From Chitinophaga pinensis (GTDB lineage Bacteria > Bacteroidota > Bacteroidia > Bacteroidales > GCA-2748055): 64,000 nt of DNA. The stretch is taken from the NCBI GenBank assembly GCA_945863035.1, contig CAMAZH010000002.1, forward strand, positions 8,140 to 72,139, read 5' to 3'. The notes beneath the pieces were generated by a model. The model worked only from the letters and a program-made list of their open reading frames with translations. It searched no databases and was not told the origin of the DNA. Shown piece after piece: positions 37,516 through 46,209 of the stretch. Within the stretch, counting starts at the first letter, position 1. The number at the start of each line of letters is the position of its first letter. The translations under genes were made by a program, and so were the position numbers.

Positions 37516-39060
37516 CTATTTCACATTCTTTTTCACAACTCGGGTTTTCACTTTAATGTCTGCATTTACTCCATTTTCGATATAGATTGGAAAAGCATTT
37601 GGATTTACGGGTGAAGCAGTGCCTTCAAATTCAGTAATTCGTAAATTTTCAAAATTGATAACCTCGAGGCCATGAGTAAAGAATTCCATCCTGGTGTCGG
37701 TCCAATCCAAGCGGAAATTATCAATTTTAAGGTCAGATACATACTGTGCGAAAAACGCAGGGAGATCGCGTTGAAACAATTGACTTTCCTCACCCAAACA
37801 GCCACGAAGGTCGATGTTTCCGCCGGCGACTCCGTTCAATTTCGAATCGATTATCTCAAGAGACACATTATTGAAGGTGACATTTTCGATGACGCTTTCT
37901 TCCGTTCCATAGATAAGGATACCGTTTTCGCTTTTGCAGGTAATATTGTCAAACTTAAGGTTTTTGATCCTTCCCAATTTCACACTGTCTTTTCCTCGAA
38001 TGGCGGAGATATGAATAGGTTCTCCGTTGCCCCACCAATCGCCGGTACGGAGCTTTGTTTCGATGTTGATATTTGATATATTGATGTTTTCCAATGATCC
38101 TTCATCACGCAGGAAGATTCCGATTCCACGTGTGGAATTTGTTATGTTACAATTTGAAATATTGATGTTGCGAACCGTGTTCTGATCCAGGAAACCAATA
38201 CGGATACCACTGGAATAGGACTGTAAATTGCAGTTTGAAACAATGATATTTTCGGAAAGATGGCGGATTTGTTGATAGCCCGGAATCTCAAAATGGTGGG
38301 CGTAGCCAACAATTGCAATGGCATCATCTCCTGAGCGGATATCACAGTCAGTGACGATAACGTTTTTACAGCTGGTAATGTCGATACCGTCTGCATTTGG
38401 GACCAGCATATTGGTGTAAAGGCGAATCCCATCAACCCTAACGCCGTCGCAATCGGCAAAATGCATAGTCCACATAGGTGCCCCGGTAACCAATATATCA
38501 TTTACAGTTACTCTTTTACAATTACTGAATATAAACATTTGGTAGGGTCGATCTTTGGGAACCAAGGGTCCATCACCTATCCCCCCATCCATAACTTTTC
38601 GGAAGTTTTCCTTTTGTCGTGTGTACTGTGTTCCTCCCCATTCAATTTTTTTAGCTTTATTGTGGTCGAAAAAGTAATCCCCATTCCCATCGATATTCCC
38701 AAAACCTGAAATGATAATGTTCTCAGCATTTTCAGCGTACAGCATTCCGTAATGGACCTCATTGTAGGGTGTGTAATCGTTCAGATTTGAACTTCCCCGG
38801 AGAATAGCACCTGATTCAAGATACAAATGCACATTACTTTTAAGGTTAACTGTTCCGATAATAAATATACCTGTGGGAACAATAACTTTACCGCCCCGAT
38901 TCGCGCTGCAGGCATCAACTGCTTTCTGCACGGCTTCAGTATTCAAGGTTTTCCCGTCACCGATAGCCCCATAATTCTGAATATCAAATGTCTGTGCAAT
39001 GCCATAATTAAATATAAGAAGGGACATTGCGAGAAAGAGTTGGCGCTTTTTCATATTCAT
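37516..39060 (-). CDS. GH28-like right-handed beta-helix glycoside hydrolase (secreted)
   Basis: Signal peptide. N-terminal FDIQNYGAIGDGKTLNTEAVQKAVDAC, NADGID and SGDDAIAI match the GH28 catalytic Asp motifs. The usual G-H-G motif is not evident (SSGIRIG at that position). Confidence 0.75.
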   Translation of the reverse strand: MNMKKRQLFLAMSLLIFNYGIAQTFDIQNYGAIGDGKTLNTEAVQKAVDACSANRGGKVIVPTGIFIIGTVNLKSNVHLYLESGAILRGSSNLNDYTPYNEVHYGMLYAENAENIIISGFGNIDGNGDYFFDHNKAKKIEWGGTQYTRQKENFRKVMDGGIGDGPLVPKDRPYQMFIFSNCKRVTVNDILVTGAPMWTMHFADCDGVRVDGIRLYTNMLVPNADGIDITSCKNVIVTDCDIRSGDDAIAIVGYAHHFEIPGYQQIRHLSENIIVSNCNLQSYSSGIRIGFLDQNTVRNINISNCNITNSTRGIGIFLRDEGSLENINISNINIETKLRTGDWWGNGEPIHISAIRGKDSVKLGRIKNLKFDNITCKSENGILIYGTEESVIENVTFNNVSLEIIDSKLNGVAGGNIDLRGCLGEESQLFQRDLPAFFAQYVSDLKIDNFRLDWTDTRMEFFTHGLEVINFENLRITEFEGTASPVNPNAFPIYIENGVNADIKVKTRVVKKNVK

Positions 39061-39165
39061 AAGAATTTATTATTGATTTGTTATAGATTCGTAATGGTTT
39101 GAATATTATTACAGTTCTTGTTTTTTGATTTTTCCGTATCGAATGCTAAACAGAACAATCCCTGA

Positions 39166-40944
39166 TTATTCCAGGTATTCGTTTGCAAGCGTAAAAAACA
39201 CATCTACGGTCCAGGAATAACCTGTATCTCTTAGGGGTCGTCCATCGAGTGAACTGAAATTTTCAGCAAAGCCGGATTGTCTGCACATCTCGCAAAACTT
39301 TACCGCAAGCTCTTTTGCCCATTCTGTTTCGCCGCAACGCTTTAATCCCTCTACAAGAAAAAAGTAATGAGGAGCCCAAACAGGGCCTCTCCAATAACCA
39401 TCATCGATAAAATATGGGCTTTTCGGGTGTTCGCTGGCAGGGCCATATGCAGTCACGATTCCGCTTGTCCGGAGATCCTTTAAGAGTTTGATTCGTATCT
39501 CATCAGGAAGGCGTTTTCCAAGCATAACAGGAATGAAATTAACAAATGAAATACAATCCTTACAATGTTCCCCGGTAAAACTATTCCTGGAAATAAACAT
39601 TTCTCCTGTCCACAAACTATCAACCAATAATTGGGTAAGTATGTCGGCTCTTTCCTTCCACAAAACTGCGTCTTTCTTTTTACGAAGCTTCAGCGCTGTT
39701 TCAGAAAGCCAATCCATCTGAATAATGAGATGAGTACTCAGATCAGGCGTCTCTGTGGGATACCCTGCGAGGAAAACCGGGGAATTATCACAACAATCAT
39801 TGGAATTGTTATATTGAGGTATGCCATTATTGTTGTTATCCATATACTTCATCCAAAAATCGGTAAGTTTGGAGATGGGATCATATAAAGCAGCCAATTC
39901 ATTTCTGCTGAATTTTGCTGATGACAGCTGTTCCATCTTCTGCATGGTGAGACCCTGAATAGGTGGTTTAAAAGCAGCGTACATAGGATATTTCTCGGTT
40001 AAGAAATCAGGGAGTATCCCTAGTTCTGTCTGGTAATCAAAAAGCACCAGCAACTGATCCAGGGCAAAATCGTGATCATTGCATACCGACATTGCTCCGA
40101 AGCAATTATCCCAGGACCAGATTGCTGTCATATAGTTTTTCGACTGGTACATGCAAGGTCGTTTAATGGCGGTTCTGGGATTTACAACAGAGGACCATTT
40201 CAAGTATGCTCCGAGCTGTCTCAGATCGTTGTATTTTGCAGGAGTTGAGGGAATTTTTTCCTGGAACTTCATAAAATGAGCCTGGGCATCCGAAACGCAG
40301 TTATCGAAAGGTTTATTATAGGTATTCCCATCCCATGCATCCTGAAACTGGTTAACAGCTATTTCAAAGGTTTGGTTTTCATCAGGAGCAACTGTTAAAA
40401 CAAACAATGGGCCATCGGTTACAGGATCGTTAACAAAGGATTTGGCTACCTGGCCTGAAGATTTACCTTTCATTACGGCGACAGTATAATGGGGCCCCCA
40501 CATTTTACAGTGCCATACTGTCTGATCGTAATTCAGAGGATAAGTAGCACCGCTCCATGTACCGATAACCTGAGTGAGCTTTAGCCCGGTGCCATTTCCT
40601 CTCAAACGGATTACATCCGGGGTTTCAAAGCAAAGTTCAATGGATCCGAAATCGGTGCTCATTGTGAGTTTTGAAGTGGTTGCAGACACCCGGTATGGAA
40701 CAACGACTCCGTTCTTTAAAGCCTCAATTTTAAAAACCCCTTTCCATCCCCACATCCTCTCCCCACTGACATCCCTGATATACAAACCTTCTTCCCCGGT
40801 TTTTTCATCGGTATCAAGCATAACTGACATGTAAGAACCGTAATGGGAAAATGGGTACTCCCGAACATCAAAGCTCAGTTTCTGAGATTCCGCATTCAGA
40901 CACAAAAAAAATAGCCAGACTGTAAAAACCAGTTGTTTTGTCAT
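39166..40944 (-). CDS. (alpha/alpha)6-barrel glycoside hydrolase, GH63/MGH1-like (clan GH-G)
   Basis: Signal peptide. WSWDNCF, CCDNSPVF and DDGYWRGPVWAPHYFFLVEGL resemble GH63/GH37-type motifs. Confidence 0.6.
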   Translation of the reverse strand: MTKQLVFTVWLFFLCLNAESQKLSFDVREYPFSHYGSYMSVMLDTDEKTGEEGLYIRDVSGERMWGWKGVFKIEALKNGVVVPYRVSATTSKLTMSTDFGSIELCFETPDVIRLRGNGTGLKLTQVIGTWSGATYPLNYDQTVWHCKMWGPHYTVAVMKGKSSGQVAKSFVNDPVTDGPLFVLTVAPDENQTFEIAVNQFQDAWDGNTYNKPFDNCVSDAQAHFMKFQEKIPSTPAKYNDLRQLGAYLKWSSVVNPRTAIKRPCMYQSKNYMTAIWSWDNCFGAMSVCNDHDFALDQLLVLFDYQTELGILPDFLTEKYPMYAAFKPPIQGLTMQKMEQLSSAKFSRNELAALYDPISKLTDFWMKYMDNNNNGIPQYNNSNDCCDNSPVFLAGYPTETPDLSTHLIIQMDWLSETALKLRKKKDAVLWKERADILTQLLVDSLWTGEMFISRNSFTGEHCKDCISFVNFIPVMLGKRLPDEIRIKLLKDLRTSGIVTAYGPASEHPKSPYFIDDGYWRGPVWAPHYFFLVEGLKRCGETEWAKELAVKFCEMCRQSGFAENFSSLDGRPLRDTGYSWTVDVFFTLANEYLE

Positions 40945-40962
40945 TTTAATCTTCAGGATAAT

Positions 40963-42933
40963 TTATTTTTCAGAATGCACATCATTAATTTTCAAATTAT
41001 CAAAAGAAACCGGTTCAAAACTGCTTCCGATACCGGCAAGTCCCCTTCTGTATGAAATATCTGAAATTTCGCACACTTTTACATTATCTATGTATGCTGT
41101 AATTACATCAGACTGGCATCTAACTTTCAGATTAACCCAGGTATTTCCGGTGATTACAGTTTGCCCCGAGGCTAATTCCCTGGAAGCAGTAAGCAATTTC
41201 CATGTTCCGTCAGCAAACAGTTTGAGGTTGTACCCCACCGGATTATCCGCCTGGAAGCAGGCCCAAACTTCTCCCTGGAATCCTCGGGCAATAACTGACG
41301 CGAAAGTTTTCCCGGGGGTGGACTCTGATATTAAAGAGAAAGAAACATCAGTGCTTACCTCAATATTCGTCCAATTCATATCCCCTGTTAATGAAAATGC
41401 GGATTTACCTGATGACCAATCAATTCCTTGCTGATGGATTTGCTGTACCAGTATCAAATTTTTCTTTTTCGCTACCATGGTTTCAAATGCACCGCTCTGG
41501 TCGCATAAATATTTTGGTGTGGCCTCAGGAGGGTATGAATTGAAATTCTCGGTGTAAGGTAAAGGGAAGTTTTTTGGATTTGGACTAACAGCTCCGCCTT
41601 TATACTGTCCGGAAGTAGTTGTTAGGGAATACACTGACCGGGGTTCTGCAGAAATCCTGAATTCACCATTAACAGCATAAATATCTGTCTCCTTCATAAA
41701 ATATTGCAGATCATCAGACTTCCACACATGCAGTTTCTCAAATTTAAAACTTCCTTCCTGTTTAATAATTATTTCCTGTTTGCTTCCGGCCTCAGTGGTC
41801 TCGATAATAACCGAAATATGTTGTTTACCTGAATCGGTAAGGGATACAACGCTTCCCCCAGCAGGTAATTTAAAGCAGGCATTTTCGAGATAAAACCATC
41901 CGGGTTTTGCAAACTGGGAAGTGTGGGCCACAGACCAAAGTGTTTTTTCTATTTCGTATGCGCCCGACCAAGGAGTATTAGCTTTTATCATACCGGACCC
42001 GGGGGCAGGCAGACAGTCGTAATAGGAAGTCACAGGGCTCCAGAACTCAGTTTTGGTAAGTCTTCTGTCGATATAATTAAGATTCAGTTTCTGTGCTCTT
42101 TGGTGTCTATATGGCAGCATGGTAAACCAGTTCCATTCCCCATCTTCGGTTGACCAGAGTTTTTTCCCTTCCTCTTTCATCTTTACAGCAGACTCAGTAA
42201 GCTCTCCCCAAGGATAATGAACACCAATTGCGTAAATTGCCTTGGCAAGTTCCGGATCAGCCAACATTGAATCTGCAATTTCCCACATTTTATGCACAGG
42301 TCCGTTCATGTCACTTGCTACGATCCTGACATTTGCCAATCCATGCTCATCGAGGGTTTTTCTCAATAGCTTAATCCATTCCACATTGAAATCCCTCTCA
42401 TTCCATATTCCCACAAAATTAATATCGAGTTGATGGTGAGCCTTTGCACCGAGGATAAACTTTGCAATATAAGAGGCGCAATCGGCAGAATAATAATTCC
42501 CATTGCCTATCCATCCCGGGGCACCCCAAGCCAAAGCATCCAGGATAATTTCAGGATTTCTTTTTTTTGCTTCTTTCATTAGCCACCATTCGTAACCCCG
42601 GTTATAATTTTCTTCACCCCTGATGCGCATATGGCTTGGTTCGGAACCATCGGTTGAATTAATATCCCCGCCAATTTCAACTTTCAGGTGTTGTAAACCC
42701 GCTCCATAATTTGGTTTAAACAGAAAATCCAATATTTGGCTTCTGTAAGGTTCGGGGTAATCAATGAGCAATCGGGATGATGCGCCGGCACTTACTGCTC
42801 CAATTCCATCGAACTGATCTGCAAGTGTTTCCGAATTCAGGATCAGCTGAACAGTTGATTTTTCCTGTGCCGACAAGAATTCTGCAGCAACAAGGAACAA
42901 CGCAATTATTACGAACAAGCCTATTTTCCTCAT
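40963..42933 (-). CDS. GH59 beta-galactosidase (galactocerebrosidase homologue), secreted
   Basis: Resembles human GALC along its full length. Examples are FDGIGAVSAGASSRLLIDYPEPYRSQILDFLFKPNYGAGLQHLKVEIGGD, GYEWWLMKEAKKRNP, GIWNERD (acid/base Glu region), LWSTEDGEW (nucleophile Glu region), and a C-terminal lectin-like domain ending FDNLKI. Confidence 0.88.
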   Translation of the reverse strand: MRKIGLFVIIALFLVAAEFLSAQEKSTVQLILNSETLADQFDGIGAVSAGASSRLLIDYPEPYRSQILDFLFKPNYGAGLQHLKVEIGGDINSTDGSEPSHMRIRGEENYNRGYEWWLMKEAKKRNPEIILDALAWGAPGWIGNGNYYSADCASYIAKFILGAKAHHQLDINFVGIWNERDFNVEWIKLLRKTLDEHGLANVRIVASDMNGPVHKMWEIADSMLADPELAKAIYAIGVHYPWGELTESAVKMKEEGKKLWSTEDGEWNWFTMLPYRHQRAQKLNLNYIDRRLTKTEFWSPVTSYYDCLPAPGSGMIKANTPWSGAYEIEKTLWSVAHTSQFAKPGWFYLENACFKLPAGGSVVSLTDSGKQHISVIIETTEAGSKQEIIIKQEGSFKFEKLHVWKSDDLQYFMKETDIYAVNGEFRISAEPRSVYSLTTTSGQYKGGAVSPNPKNFPLPYTENFNSYPPEATPKYLCDQSGAFETMVAKKKNLILVQQIHQQGIDWSSGKSAFSLTGDMNWTNIEVSTDVSFSLISESTPGKTFASVIARGFQGEVWACFQADNPVGYNLKLFADGTWKLLTASRELASGQTVITGNTWVNLKVRCQSDVITAYIDNVKVCEISDISYRRGLAGIGSSFEPVSFDNLKINDVHSEK

Positions 42934-42956
42934 TTTTTCGTGTATTGGTTTATTTT

Positions 42957-43979
42957 TTAGTCGAGTTGTTTTTTTGCCTCGGTAATAAATGTCAGCATAT
43001 TTTCAAGGCTCACATCGCCCTCTACCGAATGGGCCGGAGAAAAAATGTAACCACCGCTCTTACCAAGGGCCAGCAGTTTTTGTGATTGTAGTTGTACCTC
43101 CCTGACATTCCCGTAAGGAAGTGTTTTCTGGGTTGAAAGTCCACCATGGAAACTCAAATGCCCTTGGTATGACGCTAAAATATTTTCAACATCCATTACT
43201 TCGGGTTGAAAAGGATTAAAGCAACTGACACCTATTTCGATAAGATCGTCAAAAAGTTCATCCACATCCCCGCAGGAATGAATCATTACATATTTTCCAG
43301 CATCATTGACTTTTTTATACATTCTTGACAGCTGCGGTTTTATAAACGTTCTCCAGGTATCAGGTCCTGTGATAAGTCCTCTTTGCTGTCCCCAGTCGTC
43401 GCCGAAATAAACCGCATCAATTTCGTATTCCAGAGCTTTTTCAATCTGAGAGATATTGTAATTGGTAATCGATGTAAGAAGCTCATGAACAAAGTCGGGA
43501 TTCATCAGGAAATCGGTCAACAGGTTTTCCATTCCACGGAGGGTCCATGCTCTTTCGAACAAGGAAAAGCCAATCTGAAAAACCCTGAACATATCAGGAT
43601 GCCGGGTAATTGAATCCTCAATATCGCAGAAAAACCTTTTGTCATGAGGATCGGGGAATTTATAACCGCAAAGTGAGGGTTCCGATAATACGCATCCCTT
43701 TACATTACCAATATCCTTATCTATTGACCGATCCCAAACAACGCCAAAAACGTCGCGGTAACAATGGTCCCCAATATTTTCGAAAAAACCGATATCACTG
43801 CCCAGACCTAGAATGTGATTATATAATATCTCATCCAGATCAGAATTATTGTAGTATTGGATAAGACGTGCCTTTGCCTCTTCAGTAAATTTGAACGACC
43901 ATGGTGTGTAGGGCGGTATTCCTCCGTCCAATACCATTTTCACAACTTCACGTCTCGAGATCATTTTCATTTTGGTCAT
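42957..43979 (-). CDS. Uroporphyrinogen decarboxylase (URO-D) family protein (MtaA/CmuA-like fold), cytoplasmic
   Basis: About 340 aa with no signal peptide and URO-D-family features (...[18 protein letters not shown]..., [29 protein letters not shown]). The start is set at the ATG 43979; the track start at 43997 is a TTG. Confidence 0.75.
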   Translation of the reverse strand: MTKMKMISRREVVKMVLDGGIPPYTPWSFKFTEEAKARLIQYYNNSDLDEILYNHILGLGSDIGFFENIGDHCYRDVFGVVWDRSIDKDIGNVKGCVLSEPSLCGYKFPDPHDKRFFCDIEDSITRHPDMFRVFQIGFSLFERAWTLRGMENLLTDFLMNPDFVHELLTSITNYNISQIEKALEYEIDAVYFGDDWGQQRGLITGPDTWRTFIKPQLSRMYKKVNDAGKYVMIHSCGDVDELFDDLIEIGVSCFNPFQPEVMDVENILASYQGHLSFHGGLSTQKTLPYGNVREVQLQSQKLLALGKSGGYIFSPAHSVEGDVSLENMLTFITEAKKQLD

Positions 43980-44051
43980 AAGAGATAGCAAATCCAATCA
44001 TTAAAAAAAGCGACTAGTTTTTCGAGAAACTTTTAGTGGGAAATCATTTGT

Positions 44052-45950
44052 TTATTCTGCCTGGAGGTATCCGTTCTCTATAAATGAGATAAAAGAAAGT
44101 AAGGCCCCCCAATGGTAGAAGCTATCGGCATTATGAACATCGTCACCCTGTCCGGTGTCAGCATTGTAATTCTCATAGATAGCTCCATTTTCAAGCCATG
44201 ATTTCATCAGAAGCCGGTTTGATTTTTGAACCAAATCATTTCGGGCATCCGGAAGGTTATAGTTACGCATACCCATATAAACCAAGAAGTTCATTGGAGC
44301 CCAGATTCTACCTCTCCAATAGGTATTATCAGAATATCCGGGAACATTTCTGGCAATTGAAGGCATAACGAATTCGCCATAGAATTCCTCAGGATTAAAA
44401 TAGTGCTCGTTCATCATTCTTTCAGCCTGTTTCTGAGTGCAAACGCCTGCAAGCAGGGGATAAAAATTGGTTGGTGAAAGTTTCTTGCTGATTTCCCCAT
44501 TATCTGTACGCTTATTGTAAAATATACCGTCTTCCTCATTCCATAAGGTTTTAAGGATGGTTGTGTAATGGGAAGCCCTCTTCTGAAGTTCCTTCTCTTC
44601 TTGCTTTTTACCTAGAGCAGCAGAAATCTCGGCAAGAGCTTTGCAATCCCTGATATAGAAACTCATCAGACCAACATCAGCCATTTCCATAACATGCCTA
44701 TCGGTGTTGAAAGAGATGGAATCGTACATTGGGGAATTATCGAGCCCGGACTCAAGAATGGACCCCAGGAAATCGTTTCCCCCTTTATATCCGGGAACGG
44801 TTACCGGAGAGGAACCCCAGCTTAAATATTCGCCGTTGGACCTGTTATTGACCCACCAACGGTTCCAGGTAAGCAATTCATCATAAACCTCCTCCAGAAA
44901 CCATTTTTCCTGATACTTCCCATAAATTTCATTAACTATAAAACTTCCGACAGGTGGTTGTGAGCGATCCCATGATCCGTTGTTATAGGCTGCAATGTAA
45001 TTTGGAATAAAACCTTCGGGAGTAATAGCCTTGGTTATTTCGACAGCGTTGGCATAAGCCAATTCTTTATTGAAAAGAGAAAACATATAACTGGCAAAAT
45101 AGGTATCCCAGTCGAAAAGCACAAAACCGTTCCAGTATTCGGCATTCCACCAGCGGCTGACAGGTGTGATTACTCTTTTGCTTTCGTCATCGTATATTGT
45201 GTTCCAGGCAAGAATTGTCTGCATGGCGATAAAGGCATTGGAAAGGGATCCGTATTTTTCGGACCTGTTAATCAGTTCCTGCTTTTTTGTTCGAAGAATG
45301 CCAACTATTTCCTCCAGCGATTTTTCCTCACCCACAGATATACCTACGGGAGAGCTACTGCTGAATATAAGGGCTGGCAGGGCTGTTTGCACGAATGGGT
45401 CCGTATCTGGCTTTTTGGTAGGGCTTACAGTAAAAAGCTTTCCTCCGAACTGTCCAACAAGTTTATTTCCTTCACGCCCAATTAAGCCTGGTTTGTTCCA
45501 ATTAATGCCGGCTTGAATTACAATCTTTAAATAGGATTTAACCACATTTGGGGTAATCAGCAATACAAGCTCATCACCCTGAGCCGCAGTTTCAATAAGG
45601 ACTTCGTTACCGTCATACCTTACAACCATGCTTGTATAGCTCCCGTCATCGGATCGCAAGCCTGGTATAAGTTCTTCAGGCCTTTCTAATTGTTTGGAAA
45701 CCTTATAATTTTCTTCGAGAAAGCGGGTTCCCCATCCCTTCAGACCCAAGGTAATTGAGAAACCGTCAGGAAGATACGCGTGAGTAAGCATATTATTGTT
45801 ATACCAAGTGTTCCAACCCTTGCACAAATTGTTTTGGAGTTCGGAATATTGGATAGTTTTTATTTTATCCGGTTGTGTTTGGGGAAAACAATATGAAAAA
45901 GAAAACAACGACAGGATGAGGCATAAGAATGATCTTTTATATACAGCCAT
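44052..45950 (-). CDS. (alpha/alpha)6-barrel glycoside hydrolase, GH63-like (clan GH-G)
   Basis: Signal peptide. FDWDTYFASYM, ESGLDNSPMYD and NTYWRGRIWAPMNFLVY resemble GH63 processing-glucosidase-type motifs. Confidence 0.6.
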   Translation of the reverse strand: MAVYKRSFLCLILSLFSFSYCFPQTQPDKIKTIQYSELQNNLCKGWNTWYNNNMLTHAYLPDGFSITLGLKGWGTRFLEENYKVSKQLERPEELIPGLRSDDGSYTSMVVRYDGNEVLIETAAQGDELVLLITPNVVKSYLKIVIQAGINWNKPGLIGREGNKLVGQFGGKLFTVSPTKKPDTDPFVQTALPALIFSSSSPVGISVGEEKSLEEIVGILRTKKQELINRSEKYGSLSNAFIAMQTILAWNTIYDDESKRVITPVSRWWNAEYWNGFVLFDWDTYFASYMFSLFNKELAYANAVEITKAITPEGFIPNYIAAYNNGSWDRSQPPVGSFIVNEIYGKYQEKWFLEEVYDELLTWNRWWVNNRSNGEYLSWGSSPVTVPGYKGGNDFLGSILESGLDNSPMYDSISFNTDRHVMEMADVGLMSFYIRDCKALAEISAALGKKQEEKELQKRASHYTTILKTLWNEEDGIFYNKRTDNGEISKKLSPTNFYPLLAGVCTQKQAERMMNEHYFNPEEFYGEFVMPSIARNVPGYSDNTYWRGRIWAPMNFLVYMGMRNYNLPDARNDLVQKSNRLLMKSWLENGAIYENYNADTGQGDDVHNADSFYHWGALLSFISFIENGYLQAE

Positions 45951-46209
45951 GTTTCAGTTATATTATTTATGAATGACTTACAATGTTAAACGATTTAACC
46001 AAATTGCTCTTTAACATATGTTCATATTTTTAACATAAATGTACAAAGCAATTTGAACAAAATTCAAAACGTCTTAATGAGTTTGAAAGAGAAATAGCAA
46101 GGGAATCCACTCAAATTAAAAAAGAAAATCTTAATTTGGACTCAAATTTAATTTTTACCCGATAAGTTAATGAATAGTTCTAACTGGTTTAATCGACTTA
46201 AATTCGTGA

